From: Felis catus
Taxonomy: Eukaryota
NCBI RefSeq assembly: GCF_018350175.1
Contig: NC_058368.1
Location: 136,712,001 to 136,776,000 of the forward strand
Direction of reading: 5' to 3'
DNA length: 64,000 bases
Below the pieces are notes generated by a model. It saw only the letters and a list, made by a program, of their open reading frames with translations. It made no database searches and had not been told where the DNA came from. This document shows, one piece after another, positions 26,586-38,860 of the stretch. The position numbers and the translations under genes are program-made. How positions within the stretch are numbered: the stretch's first letter is position 1; each line of letters starts with the position of its first letter.

Positions 26586-26797
26586 TTTCTTAAATGTTTA
26601 TTTATTTTTGAGAGACAGAGTGTGCACAAGTGGGGAAAGGGCAGAGAGAGAGGGAGAGGGAGACACAGAATCTGAAGCAGGCTCCAAGGCTCTGAGCTGT
26701 TAGTGTAGAGCCCAATGTGGGGCTCGAACCCATGAACCGTGAGATCATGACCTGAGCTGAAGTTGGACGCTTAACTTATTGAGGCACCCAGGTGCCC
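26586..26797 (-). mobile_element. Can-SINE
   Basis: Consensus match; tail abuts a poly-C run at ~26566-26584. Confidence 0.9.
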
Positions 26798-29105
26798 AAA
26801 ATGGTCCTTTTTCTTCCATGGGGTTTGCATAATAACTGGACTCTGGTAAACCCACTGGTACCTGCCTCTCCATGGAAGATAAGCTTGTACTGAATTCCAG
26901 ATGCCAGACCGGGGAGAGCGCCAGGAATCATCTAGGACAAATGTGCATCCCTGATTGTGATCGTCACTAGGCCCTGACCTTCTGCACTCCAGCCTTGCAG
27001 TTAGGAATGTAGTAGACTTTTCTAGCCTCTTAGAAAAAAGTGCCAAAGCCTTAAACCTGACCCAGGACGTATGTCACGACTTCCTAGGTGTTGGGGTCCC
27101 TTTTGTCTTTGAAGGAGCCGGGAATCAGTAACAGGTTAGGTTCTCCTGTCCTTGGACTGCGGACCTCAGGGGACAGGTCAAGCGCTGCTCACCTCTTTTT
27201 GGCTCCCCTCCCTGTGCAGCTCACACTGCTTCTCAAGGCCCTGAGCCAACGAGGACTCAAGCGTGCTCGGCTTCTGCCTTTCCAACCCTTAATTTTGAAT
27301 CCTTGCCTTTTCTTGATATCTGAGTGTGTTGAGTGAGTAGTGCCCTCGACAACCTTTGTGTGCCTGTCTCATCGTTGTATCTTCTCTCGGGACAGCATCT
27401 CCTCCAAAACAGATGGGAAGTATTCAGTGCTACTTTCTGGAGCAGAATCAGATGCTCTTTCTTTCAGTTCTACTCTGGAGCCCCCTCTGAGGACACACTC
27501 TGGAGCCGGAGTCGGTGCATTCTTCTCCAGAGCTGGCTTACCCGTCAGCATTTTTACTGGGACAAAATGTACTCTCAGTGTACACGTTTTATTTGTGAAA
27601 GAGCAAAGAGTAGTGCATCATAACTTTGCTTAGCGTGCATATGGATAATTGCATTATACTCCAACCCATAGGGAACAATGCAAGATAGGAGTGTAGAAAG
27701 TGATTTTATGCATGCTGATTTTCTTAGGGAAACCTGTTTTTTCTCATGGAAATTAGAATCTGGAGATTTTCTGAAAAGCATTTTTGAAAGTCCCCAGTTT
27801 ATTTGCCTTCTTCTCTGAACTCATTCTAACCCAGAAGTTTAGTTTTTGTTAAAAGAAGATCGAAGACAGTAGAATTTACTTGACTGCTTGTCTGAATCAC
27901 TTCTGCATGGTAGGTTTTGGACCTTTATCCCCAGGAAAGCTATGTATGTTGGTTCAGAATACATGTATCGATGCTTTGAAAATTCCCCTTAGCCAGATTT
28001 TATTGAATTGTATCAGAAACAAATCTCTGCTTGTTAAGTAAATCTTAAACCAACTACATGGCCCTGAATTTATTCCCTGTTTCCTATATCAAATTTACCC
28101 AGATCTGTAGATAGAGTTGTTCAGCTACAATCTTCCAGAGAAAGTCAAGTGTGGTATGGGGACATGTGGGAGTGCCCTTCCCTTGTAGTTGGATATAAAA
28201 TCAAAATGAAATCTTCCTAACGATGCCCTAGTTTAATTTTTTTTAAGGAACAATAGGGGTGCTGAATGGCCAGAGGCAAAATTCAGTTACTTGTGAAAAA
28301 AACAAACAACTCTTGACACTTTGGGACGTTTGGAGGCCCTCATCATGTAAAAAGAACTAGACAATGCTTCCTTTTTATTTATGTAGGGCAGTGAGCTTTC
28401 TACGAATGGTGACTCAGGTGTATATTTTCCAGTTCCTGAAAGGTACATCACCTGACTTACTCATTTCTAAAAGCTGAGTTTCAATCTACATGATTATATT
28501 AAATCCTGTTCCGAAATTGCATGGATGGTGTGTGCAGCGACAGGTGTCTGTATTTTTAGCTGTCCTATTTTGAAAAAGACTGTTAATATCTGAATGCCTC
28601 TAAGTGGAATGCCTGATCTGGGTTCTCTGAGATTTACATGAAAATTGCCAACTTGGCAAGGAGTCCAAATGAGATCTTGCACATGATTTTCACAGGCTTG
28701 TGAAAGCATTTTGTTAACTAATACCTTCTAATTTAGTTGGATGCCGTAGCTCATATAGAATTATGTGATCTAGGGACCATTAACCACCATCAGGACTTTG
28801 AGGGAAGAGACAACTCTGGGAGTTGGACAGGAGATCTTCCTAGAGGAAACAAAATGTGGGTGGGATCTGCAAGGGATTGATTAGATTTAAGTAGGTATGA
28901 GGGCTTACTTTATGACATAGTAAATGGTGTCATCAAACAACACCCTTTATTTAAAGCAACCTGTAAGCCAACTGTCCCACTGGGGTGAAAAATAAATGCA
29001 GTGACCAGTTGGCATGAGTATCTGATACACTGAAAATTTCAGTTACTTAGTGTAAATTAAGTGAATACATAGACACTATAAATTACTGGTTTATTTCACG
29101 TAAAC

Positions 29106-29335
29106 TTTTTTTTTTTTAATTTTTTTTTCAACGTTTATTTTATTTTTTGGGGGACAGAGAGAGACAGAGCACGAACGGGGGAGGGGCAGAGAGAGAGGGA
29201 GACACAGAATCGGAAACAGGCTCCAGGCTCCGAGCCATCAGCCCAGAGCCTGACGCGGGGCTCGAACTCACGGACCGCGAGATCGTGACCTGGCTGAAGT
29301 TGGACGCTTAACTGACTGCGCCACCCAGGCTCCCC
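29106..29335 (-). mobile_element. Young Can-SINE (felid subfamily), CpG-rich
   Basis: gaacgggggagg...aatcggaaacagg...cacggaccgcgagatcgtgacctggctgaag; TSD tcacgtaaactttt at 29096-29109 and 29336-29349. Confidence 0.95.
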
Positions 29336-30780
29336 TCACGTAAACTTTTAATAGGATAACTCATTGAAGTGAAATGCTATTGGGTGAAATGAAGAAACTG
29401 AGTGGCTGAGTTGAAAGTCAAGGTCTTGCTTCCTGTTCATCAACATATGATTCCACATGAGGCCTGAGTCAGCAGTGAGCTGGGTTCCATACCCGCCCCT
29501 CCCCTCTAAAAATAAGAAGTGGTGTGAAAGGCCATAAGAAGGCAAACTCTGTGTATGACGTTCTTAAGAGAATACTGAATTAGTTCATGTAACTGCTTCC
29601 TTTGCTCTTCTAATCGATATTTTGCCACTAAGAAGTAGGGTTTGGGTTTGGTTGAGGGAGGAGAGGTGAGAGGCAAAGGCTGTATAGTTGGAGAGAGTTC
29701 TTCTGATAAACGTTTCCTGTCTCTGGGCCCACCAAGAGGAGCTGGAACCACCCCATACACAGGGGCTCAGTATCCCCTGTGACAGAATCTCTGAGGACAT
29801 GCTCAGAGCAGTTAGCCTGTGAAGACTTTGTTGCAATGGTCTTCAGTTTTTAGTCAGCAGGGCTCAAATATCACCCGAGGCTTTGTGGTCAGATGTCTTA
29901 TGCAGTGCTCAAAAATGGCTCTCTTCTGCCAGTGCTGCCTATTAGAACAACATACAGAGAGTGGAAAAGAATAACGTGGAAATGGCCAGGGGAGACTTAA
30001 CTTCTCCGTTAGAATGAGAGAAGGGGCACACTAAAGAGGAAAACATGAACCAAGATGTTGGTCCTTCTGGGGCCATTTGTCAGAGCACAGCAAGGGATTG
30101 AAATGTGGAGATCATGAAGGACGGGGTAGGAGCCACGAGTTTAACAAACAGACCTTTAAAAATAGAGAGAGTGTGCTGTGGAGTCAGGGAAATGTGAGGA
30201 GAGCACCTGACTGAGAGAAGGTGAGGACCACGCTCTGAGTGAAACTTCACTCCGGGTCAGCAGACAGGGCACATAACTGAGGGCAAAGGACAGGAAGTAC
30301 AAAGGAGTCAGGGCTGTGTTCCTGGTGTGCTGAGAATCCCCCTCCGGCCCCAGGACAGGGAAGACCCCAGGTTGGTAAGAGCTGAGTGTACTTTTCTGGG
30401 CAGCCTGAGCGCCGAGCCGTGACCGGTTAACACAGACAAGGCGCACAGTGGAAATATACAGGTGCCAATTCCACCAGCATGTGTGAATTAGCCGTCTCTG
30501 CCTCCGCCTTCTGAACGAGGCAGTATATAAATAAATAACACTAAAACAAACAACAAAAATCACACTTCCCTTGGTGTTGAGGCTTTATGCCAAATGCTTG
30601 AAAAGAAACGGCCAGATTTATTCCTACCAGCTGGAACATAGGATGTGACTATCCGCCTTTCCATTACCTGTCACAGATGGTGGTGGCTGAGGCACCACAT
30701 CAGCTAAGATCAGATCTCAGGTCTCAGGTCATCAGCTAAGATCAGATCCCTTGAGCCTCATACTTTCAGGTCAGGATCCC

Positions 30781-30988
30781 TTTTTTTTTTTTTTTTTTTT
30801 TAATGTTTATTTTTGAGAGTGAGAGAGCATGAGCTGGGGAGGGGCAGAAAGAGAGGCAGACAGAGGATCTGAAGCAGGCTCCATGCCCACAGCAGAGAAC
30901 CTGATGCGGGGCTCGAACTCATGAGCCCTGAGATCACGACCTGAGCTGAAGTGGGACGTTCAACTGACAGAGCCACGCAGGCGCTCCC
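30781..30988 (-). mobile_element. Can-SINE
   Basis: Long poly-T tail; consensus body; caggtcagg on both flanks. Confidence 0.92.
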
Positions 30989-31619
30989 CAGGTCAGGGTC
31001 TTGATCTTAAGAAGTAACCTTCCTGGTAGATGACCAGGCTTGTTGCTTTGCCCTAGCCTGATGCCGCCACTGGAGGCAGCATCATCCTCCAGTCCATTTG
31101 GGACTTTACTGGGGGAAAAAAAAAAAATCAATTCATGCTGTTTCTCCTTGGCCTAGAGCTAAGAGTGTGTCCAAGGGGTTCGATACTACGTGTGATATTT
31201 GTTATGTCAGCCATTTATAGTTTTCTTTTTCTGTTTCCTTTTCAATAGCCAGGACCAAAAGGACTAATTTGATTTTTGCTTTTAAGGTATCTGGCTTTGA
31301 GGGTGAATAGTGTGAAGATTTGGTTCTAAATAGTAACCGATGAGGGTGAAAGGTCGGCGGTTTCCCTGGATTTGATAAATGGCAGGAGTTGGATGGCAAA
31401 TTAAATGTCAGATAAAACTGTCAGATGATTCCTAGAATCAATACTTACTGGGAAAAGTTTGAGCTTCTAATGATCACATTTGCTCCCAAGGGAAATAATT
31501 CTAGCACTATGTTCAGACATTAGGATAGGAATTCATTAAAAGCAGTGTGAGGATGACTTTAAATAAGATCACTTACTACGTTGTTGTTGATCAATAGCGT
31601 ATTCTTTATACACACTGTC

Positions 31620-31800
31620 TTGTTTCTCAAAGAAGGGGCCACAGAATGATCAGAATTCTCTGAAAGATTGCAGAAATGCAGAGTCCCCAGCCCCACCCCT
31701 GCCTTCTGACCCAGACTGTCTGAGAGTGGACCATGCAGATCCACATTTTTATTGAGTTCCTCAGAGCATCCTGGGGCATATTACACTCTGAGAACTGTAC
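31620..31800. mobile_element. MER5-like remnant
   Basis: tgtttctcaaa ... atcagaatt ... aaatgcagagtccccagccccaccc ... tgagaactg. Confidence 0.5.
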
Positions 31801-32389
31801 AGTCTTTGCTCCACCAGGCGGATGTGTCCCAGACAGAAGAAAAAGCCATGCCCGCCGGTTAAGCGTTGTGATGCTGCTGTGGCTATGCAGGTCTCGGTGG
31901 TATGTTTTGCATTTGAAAAGCGCCTACGAGATGTTACTGGCTTCTTTAAGGTCTTTGGAATATTCTGTGTCTCCTCTCCTCTCTGCGGAGGTGGATTAAG
32001 TTTGCAAATCAAGATGGCCTTGCAGGTATAGGTCACGTCTGGGGCTGGGGGTGAAGGGGAGGAGAGAAGGCAGTGGTACCATCACTTTTCCTTGTGCTCC
32101 ATCACCTTCACGGGTTTTTTGCTGCTTTTTATCTGCCCTTTGTATAGTGGTGTTTCCTAAGACTTTTTGCAGCAAAAGGCTCTCAGCATTCTCTAAGAGC
32201 ACCAACCTAAAAATACACTGATGCCCCCCAGATCTGGTCCAACCTATTGTCTCAGCCTCGCATCCACGTTTCTGCCTGCTTGTTGGACAGAACCACTGGG
32301 AACTCCCATAGGAACTTCAAACCCAGAGGGCCCCAAGTCAGACTGATTGTCATTTATTTGTCTTCTGTCCTCCCTTTAAAATGTCTTAT

Positions 32390-32625
32390 TAGCTAAGAGC
32401 CTGGGTCTGGACACCGACCACCGGGTTTCCATCCTAGTTTCACTGTGTATTCCCGTGGGCTGTTGCTGAACTGCCCAATGCCTCATTTTCCTCATCAATA
32501 AAACGAGAATAGGGCCTTCCTCATAGGATTAGTGTACAGATTTAATGCAATAACCCAACATAAAGAACTTAGGTCAGTGTCTGACCCAGGGCAGGTATGC
32601 AATATATCTTAGCCATTTTTATTAT
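32390..32625 (+). mobile_element. MIR fragment
   Basis: aatgcctcattttcctcatc ... ccttcctcataggatt. Confidence 0.65.
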
Positions 32626-33174
32626 TCATTCCTTTATCAAATATTGATTGAGCTCCTGCTGTGGATGAGACACTACTTCTGACTTCTACTTCCCAAAGGA
32701 GACACTGTCAAAACTCCAAGTGTCCCCATTAAACTATCTTCCCTTCAGGCTAGGGCTAGCATCCCACCCATGTTTTAATCTCAATGCTAGTTTATGAAGG
32801 TAGCACTAACTTGCCCAAATTGAACTCTAGAAAACTGTGTCCTCCAACTAGTTCACATTGTCTTAGTAAATAGGGAATATAGCATCTCTTACAAAGGCCA
32901 GGAGAAGCCCGGTAAGATTAAAAAACATTCTCTGAAACCTACTTTGATCTCAAGAAGGTGAGGTCTAATTGTTGAACCACAGGAAAAGTGCCATTTTTGA
33001 GTTGACGCGAGGTTGAGATTGGCAATCTCATGGTTTAACCGAACAGTTGGCAGGGTATCTGGCACAGGGCAGGTGTCCCTCAAAACAAAAAGAATTACCA
33101 AACCTATATCCCAAATGCAGGGAGTATTCTATAATATCCTAAGGCAAATGTATCTCAAACACATCTTAATAGTA

Positions 33175-33372
33175 TTTTTTAATTTTTTAAATGTCTATTT
33201 TAGAGAGAGAGAGAGCAGGGGAGGGGCAGAGAGAGAGGGAGACAGAATCCCAAGCAGGCTCTGCACTGTCAGCCCAGAGCCCCATGCAGGGGCCACACTC
33301 ATGAGCTATGCGATCACGACCTGAGCCGAAACCGAGTCGGACGCTTCACCAACTGTGCCACCCAGGCACCCC
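33175..33372 (-). mobile_element. Can-SINE
   Basis: Reverse-complement consensus ending gccacccaggcacccc. Confidence 0.9.
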
Positions 33373-33657
33373 AGGCAAATCTTATTTTTAAAAAATTAGG
33401 ATTTAGACCTTGTAAACTCCTAAGACAATCTGAGAAGCATTGAGGGGCAATGACAAGAGTGGGGATCAGGAGTCAAATGGGCTAGATTTAACACCTAGTT
33501 TTATAGCTTATTTTATTCCTGTGTTGCTGGACAAGGCAGGTGGCTCTTACTAAAACAGCCTGCCCCACGAACTTCAATTTCTGTGTTTGTAGAGAAAGAA
33601 TGATAATAACAATCTTTGTGATACACCGAGGTAACATGCAAGTCAAAAGATTTTATA

Positions 33658-33855
33658 GGGGCGCTTGGGTGGCTCAGTCGGGTGAGCATCCGACTTTGGC
33701 TCAGGTCATGATCTCGTGGGTTGGTGGGTTCAAGCCCTACAGTGGGCTTGCTACTGTCCGCGTGGAGCCCGCTTGGATCCTCTGTCCCCCCTCTCTGTCT
33801 CTCCCCTGCTGCACTCTTTCTCTCTCAAAAATAAACAAACATGAAAAAAAAAAAA
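33658..33855 (+). mobile_element. Can-SINE, apparently inserted into an older MIR
   Basis: ggggcgcttgggtggctcagtcgg head and A tail; near-perfect TSD aaaag(a/g)ttttata. Confidence 0.92.
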
Positions 33856-36800
33856 GGTTTTATAAACCATGCAGTGCCTCACAAATGAAAGGTAGTGCTC
33901 TTAGTATTTTAGCACCTATTCCCAAATAGAACTGTCTGGGGCAGGCATAGGAATTGCCTTTGGCAGCCATACAAATGCAGTAGTCACTCACCTATGATCA
34001 GGCCACAGTTCACCCCTGAGGCTTGTCTTTTTCATCTTTGAAGATAGTGGGGGGCATGGAATTGTCACCAGAGCTCCTTCAGGCACCCCCCCCCCCCTTC
34101 CAGTTCTGTGAGATGAGGAAATTCTGATTTCTTATGCCATAGGAGTGACAAGTTCTTGTCACAGGCTCTCTCCTTGGCTGCTGGACTCCTTGAATTTTAA
34201 AGGCAGAAGGCATTTCTTTCTTGTGCATGAGGAGCATACGTATTTTTCTTTGTCTGCAGCAGGTTTCGTTGGGGGAACAGGGCACTGGGACCTCCCACCT
34301 TGCCCTGGCCCAGACAACCCGGTTCATAGGCCTGAAACACCATCATCAAGTTTTAAATGCGCAAACCAGAGGAAAGTGCTGTGTAAACGGGAAAGTACTA
34401 GATAGATGTGGATCTCTGTTTTTGCTGACAGTTGGAGTTGGCTCCCCTGACAGGTAATATATAGCCCTTCGCTAGCGGTGCCTTTTTTTTTTTTTTTTTT
34501 TTTTTTTCCTCCTCCATTTGTAGCATTCTAAAATCTACCTCGTTGAAGAAACAACTTTCCGGTTGTCGTCTCTCCCTTAGCTGGTGCCCACGTTGGTGTT
34601 GCTGTTTTTCCTTAGCTGTTCTCCAGGTAGCCAGGCCTTCATCCACACCATCTATGGTACTTTCTACTTCTTTCAGTTAGGCCATAAAATAGATTAGAAG
34701 AAAAAGGAACCCAATTACTTTCTTCCACTCTCTCCCACTTGTAACCCTTCGTAGCCTGGATTTTCATTCCTCTCCCTTGAGGCCTTTAAAAAAGGGGAAG
34801 AGGGGAGAGGAGACCCTAGAAGAATGGGATTTGGGAGGAGAACAATGCTGTAGAGAGGATTGGGAAAGAGGGTAGTATGATGAGAACCCTACAGAAGGGA
34901 TCGGGCTGTTGCTGCCTGGCGTCCCCATCCCCCACCAGGCCTGTGCCCCAGTGCGAGTAGTTCCCCAGAGGCTGGAACAGGATGGGGTGCAAGATGAGGC
35001 TCCCTCTGCCACCAGGAGCAGGGCCTGCTGGCCGGCCTGTTGCTGAGGCTACGTCTGCATCTGCATGCAGGGAACGCGGTTAGGACGAGGAGAAAGCCTC
35101 CGGGGTCCAGGAGGCATCCCTTATTTGCTTATCTGGGTGGCTAATGGTGGGGAAAACATAGAGCAGAAGACAGTGCAGAACCCGAGAGAAGGATAGGGTG
35201 GAAAGACTGGTAAACCCATGAAAAACTAAACCAAATGACAACAAGCAAGAAGAGCTAAATCCAGGAAATGCAGAGGAAAACCGGTATATTCTCAGATTCT
35301 ATGATAACTAAATTCTGTATCACACAAAAGATGTCGAAGGTAAAATCCTTAAAAAGCTGTCTAATTCCCAAGCAATGATCAACGTATTTAAATTAAAAGC
35401 AATGGTTTATGAAGTCTCCTGAACGCGTTTATAATGGAATTCAAGTTCTTACTCTCTTAAAACAAGCGAACCCTCAACATTCGGAGAGCGATGTGACTTG
35501 CTGGAACATACATCAGAGGTGAAACAGAAGCAGAGACAAACAAGTTTACTTCCAACTGAAAAGAAACACCATTTCCAGGAATATCAGGGGAAAGGTGGGA
35601 GAGAACTGGGCTCCGACTGTGCAGCAGAAACAAAGAGGGAGTGAGTCTCGGGGTGCGTGTGGGAGGCCAGCGTGCCTGCCGAGGGGCGAGGGAGTCAGCA
35701 GGCACTGGCTGACCAGTGGCTGACCCAGGCTGTGTGTTCAAGGAGACTCTTGGCGTCACAACTTGAAGACCTTTCTTTTGGACAGAGGTGGATCGGGAAG
35801 GGGGGTGAGGCTGAGAGCTACGTGAGCTGACAAAGGTGAACGATGAATGAGTTGCTTTTGATGTGTGAAGGCCCCTGGGAAATCCGACTCCTTCCAACGT
35901 CAGGAGTTTTACTTCCCTGGGGAGGGAAGCTGTGTGGGCTCCTGGCGATGCCTGGCTTTCTGTGTCCTGTGCTGACATTGTTGATCTTTGGGGACCGTGT
36001 CATCAGGAGGTACCAAGCCTCCTAGCACCTCTGTTTTTTCTAAAGGCGTTGCGGTGGCAGGAACCAGGAGCTGAGCTATCTAGCCTCCCTCGTGGTCATG
36101 TTCTCCCTCATGTCTCAGGGGATTTCTTCCTTATTTCAGGGAACGGGGTGGCTGTTAGGTCGGGCTCCTCAGCCTTCCTGCATCCAGTTCTGAGCCCTCA
36201 CGCTGGGGCCCCTGGGAAAGACATGGCTGCTTGTAGCCTCACAGAAGCACCATGACTGTGTAACCCATGTCCACCCCCTTTTTTCTCTTTCTCTTTTTCT
36301 TGCTTAGACATGATGAGGTGGGATAGAGGGAACACAGGGAGAACCAACAAAGGCTGCTGAGAATGGGCCTCTGCTGCTTGGAGGCTTCCTGGCTTGCCTC
36401 CCTCTGAGAAGGGAGCCCAGGAGCCAAGTTCCCACCAGGGCTGGGGGTTAGCTGCAAAGGATAGAGAAGGAAAGAGGATTCACAAGACCTTTGCTGATGC
36501 AGGCGTCTCCCCTCTCTCCATACCAGCTCTCTCTCTCTCTTCAGACTTCCCCCAGCTCTTAGCATGGTTGCTTTGCATTATCCTGTGGATTCCTGCAGAA
36601 AGGAGGCCTGGATGTTATTCCAAATAAAAAGCTGTTATTAAAAGCTGCTGGCAGACCCATCGGGAAATAATTTTTAGTTCCTGCACTGAGTACCATTCAT
36701 TTCTTGATTTCACCCATTTAGCTAAACTTTACCCTGGGGAATGTTTTTTGCTCGTGGGGGTTGGAGGTGAGAGGTTTTCTCTTGGAAAATCCACTTCGGT

Positions 36801-38549
36801 GAGGAGGTAGACTCGGAGAAGTCATTGCTTTTATTTTCTCTTTCCTTCCTTCCTCCCTGCCTCCCTCCTTTCTTTCTTTTCTCCCTCCAATGAAAACAGA
36901 CTTTAACATCAAGACATCCTGTGCCTGTGGCCTTTTCTTGATCTCCCAGCCCTTGCTTTTGGCTAAATAATCCCAGTCCTTTACCCCAGGCTTTCCTTTT
37001 CTAACTCTAGAATCTTCTTTAACCCTTTTTAAGATTCTGCTTCTTCAAATTGGAAGTTTTTCTAGTGCTGAATCACAATATCAAATTCCATTTCCAAAAA
37101 GAATTCCCTCTGGTTTTCACCTGGGGATGGGGCAGGAGGAGTGAGGGGGTGGAGAGGGGGGAACGAGGGGCAGAGGTGGGTGGGTGCGAGGGCTCTTTGT
37201 CTTCCTGGAGGCCTTGGCCCTGACTCTCTCTCCTGGTCACCAGTGCATTTGCACCAGTGAGTCATGACCCTTCTCATTTTCTTCCTTCCATACTGAATAG
37301 ATATTGAGGCTTTCTTTATTTTCTGTGACTTGCATTTCTAGATGATGCTTGCAAAGTGTTCATTTTTCAGGAAAAGGAAGTGGTAGAAATAAAGTTCTGC
37401 ATGGTGATCATTAATGGAGATGAAAATTAAACGTTCAGGCTCAAGACATACAGAGCGATTGCCCTCTTATGGGCGATCTGAAAGGTTTCATCATCGCTGG
37501 TTGTTATTTTCATCAGGGGCTCCCTCCTCCTCTTAGTGCTTCTCTGACTTTGGATCTGGCATTCTCTCCCTTGCGCAGGGCTCTTTCATTAAGCAGCTGC
37601 CTGTCTGCGCTGAGACTGTTGGGGGTCTTGCTCTGGCCCCAGCTGGGACGGTGTCACTGCTAGGCCAGTGTGTTCTAGGACTTATGTGTGGGATACGTCT
37701 GGGAGAGAAGGCTGAGCTGGGTGCGAGAGAGAAGGTTCCAAGTCTTATAGGGATTGGTGGGTAGTGGGTGCCAGTGAATTCCGTCATGGTCAACCTGTTC
37801 AGAAACCAGGAAGGAGCCTGTATGTGTGTGTTTAGATGGATATTAAACTCTGTGGAGAAGAGACTATAAGCATCCTACAAGTTATATACTTAGAGAATAA
37901 CATTTTGCTTTCAGAGATTTCAGAGTCTCCTGGATATAGTAAACCGTAAACCACTAAAACAGCCCAACCCTTAAAAATGCATAGATTGAAATAATCTGTC
38001 AGACTTGGAATGACTGAATAAAGTCCCAGCAATAACTGAAAATTACAGGCTTATGTGAGTCTCAAAGATAGCCTTTGGGAGTGTACGGACAGAGGTCTCA
38101 TTGTCTGCAAGGACCCTGCTGCTTCAGGGGTCCCCCGGGCCATCCTCTTTTGATTTTACAGACTTCTTTTTTGTCATACAACGGTCCCTGCCCCATTCAC
38201 CCCAGGATCGAGCCCTCACAATTACAGTGAGTTTTGTGGGGAATCCCTCAAAAGGCTTTTTCTTATCAAAGCAATAAGCAACACAGTCATTTCATCTCAA
38301 GCCCCTGCTTTTGCTTCCCTCAGATCGATGCTGAGGAGAGTTGACTATTCACGGGGGCTGCCTAATGGTTTGGCTGTGAGCAGTTTCTGGGGAAGGCAGA
38401 CTATAATGGTAGAGAGAGAGAGAGGCCGCAACCAGGTTGTCTTTCTTTCCTGGGAACTTCTTTTCTGAGGCAATTGAATGAGACCTTTGCAGGCGAGGGT
38501 GGTGGCCTCTCCTTCAGAATGCCTGGCCTGTTTCCCAGTGTGAAACATT

Positions 38550-38860
38550 CCCCAAATATGCAACTTTGCAAGCATCCCGGCCGCCTGCCGCCCGGGAGAG
38601 CTGGCGTTCCACTGGGGGGGGCGGGGGGGGGGTGTGCCGGGGCGGGGGCATGGGGCTCCAGCCCCTTCGGCAGCCCCTGCGCTCGCCAGATGCCAGCAAG
38701 GCCCGGCCCCTGGTTACATCGTCCAGGGAAAGAATCTGTCCAGCAGTCTGGCTGTGACAAGACCTTGAAGCTTCTCTCTCTCTCTCTCTCTCTCTCTCTA
38801 AATCCCCTCCTTCATTCAAATCCAATCCTATAAAAAGGCTTTTGTTGAAGGAGCAGCCAT
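38550..38860 (+). promoter_or_regulatory. Candidate intronic promoter/enhancer (CpG/GC-box cluster plus TATAAAAA)
   Basis: Local CpG enrichment outside any recognisable repeat; GGGGCGGGG boxes at ~38618-38648; TATAAAAA at 38829-38836. Confidence 0.45.
38773..38799. repeat. (TC)n microsatellite
   Basis: Direct reading. Confidence 0.95.
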
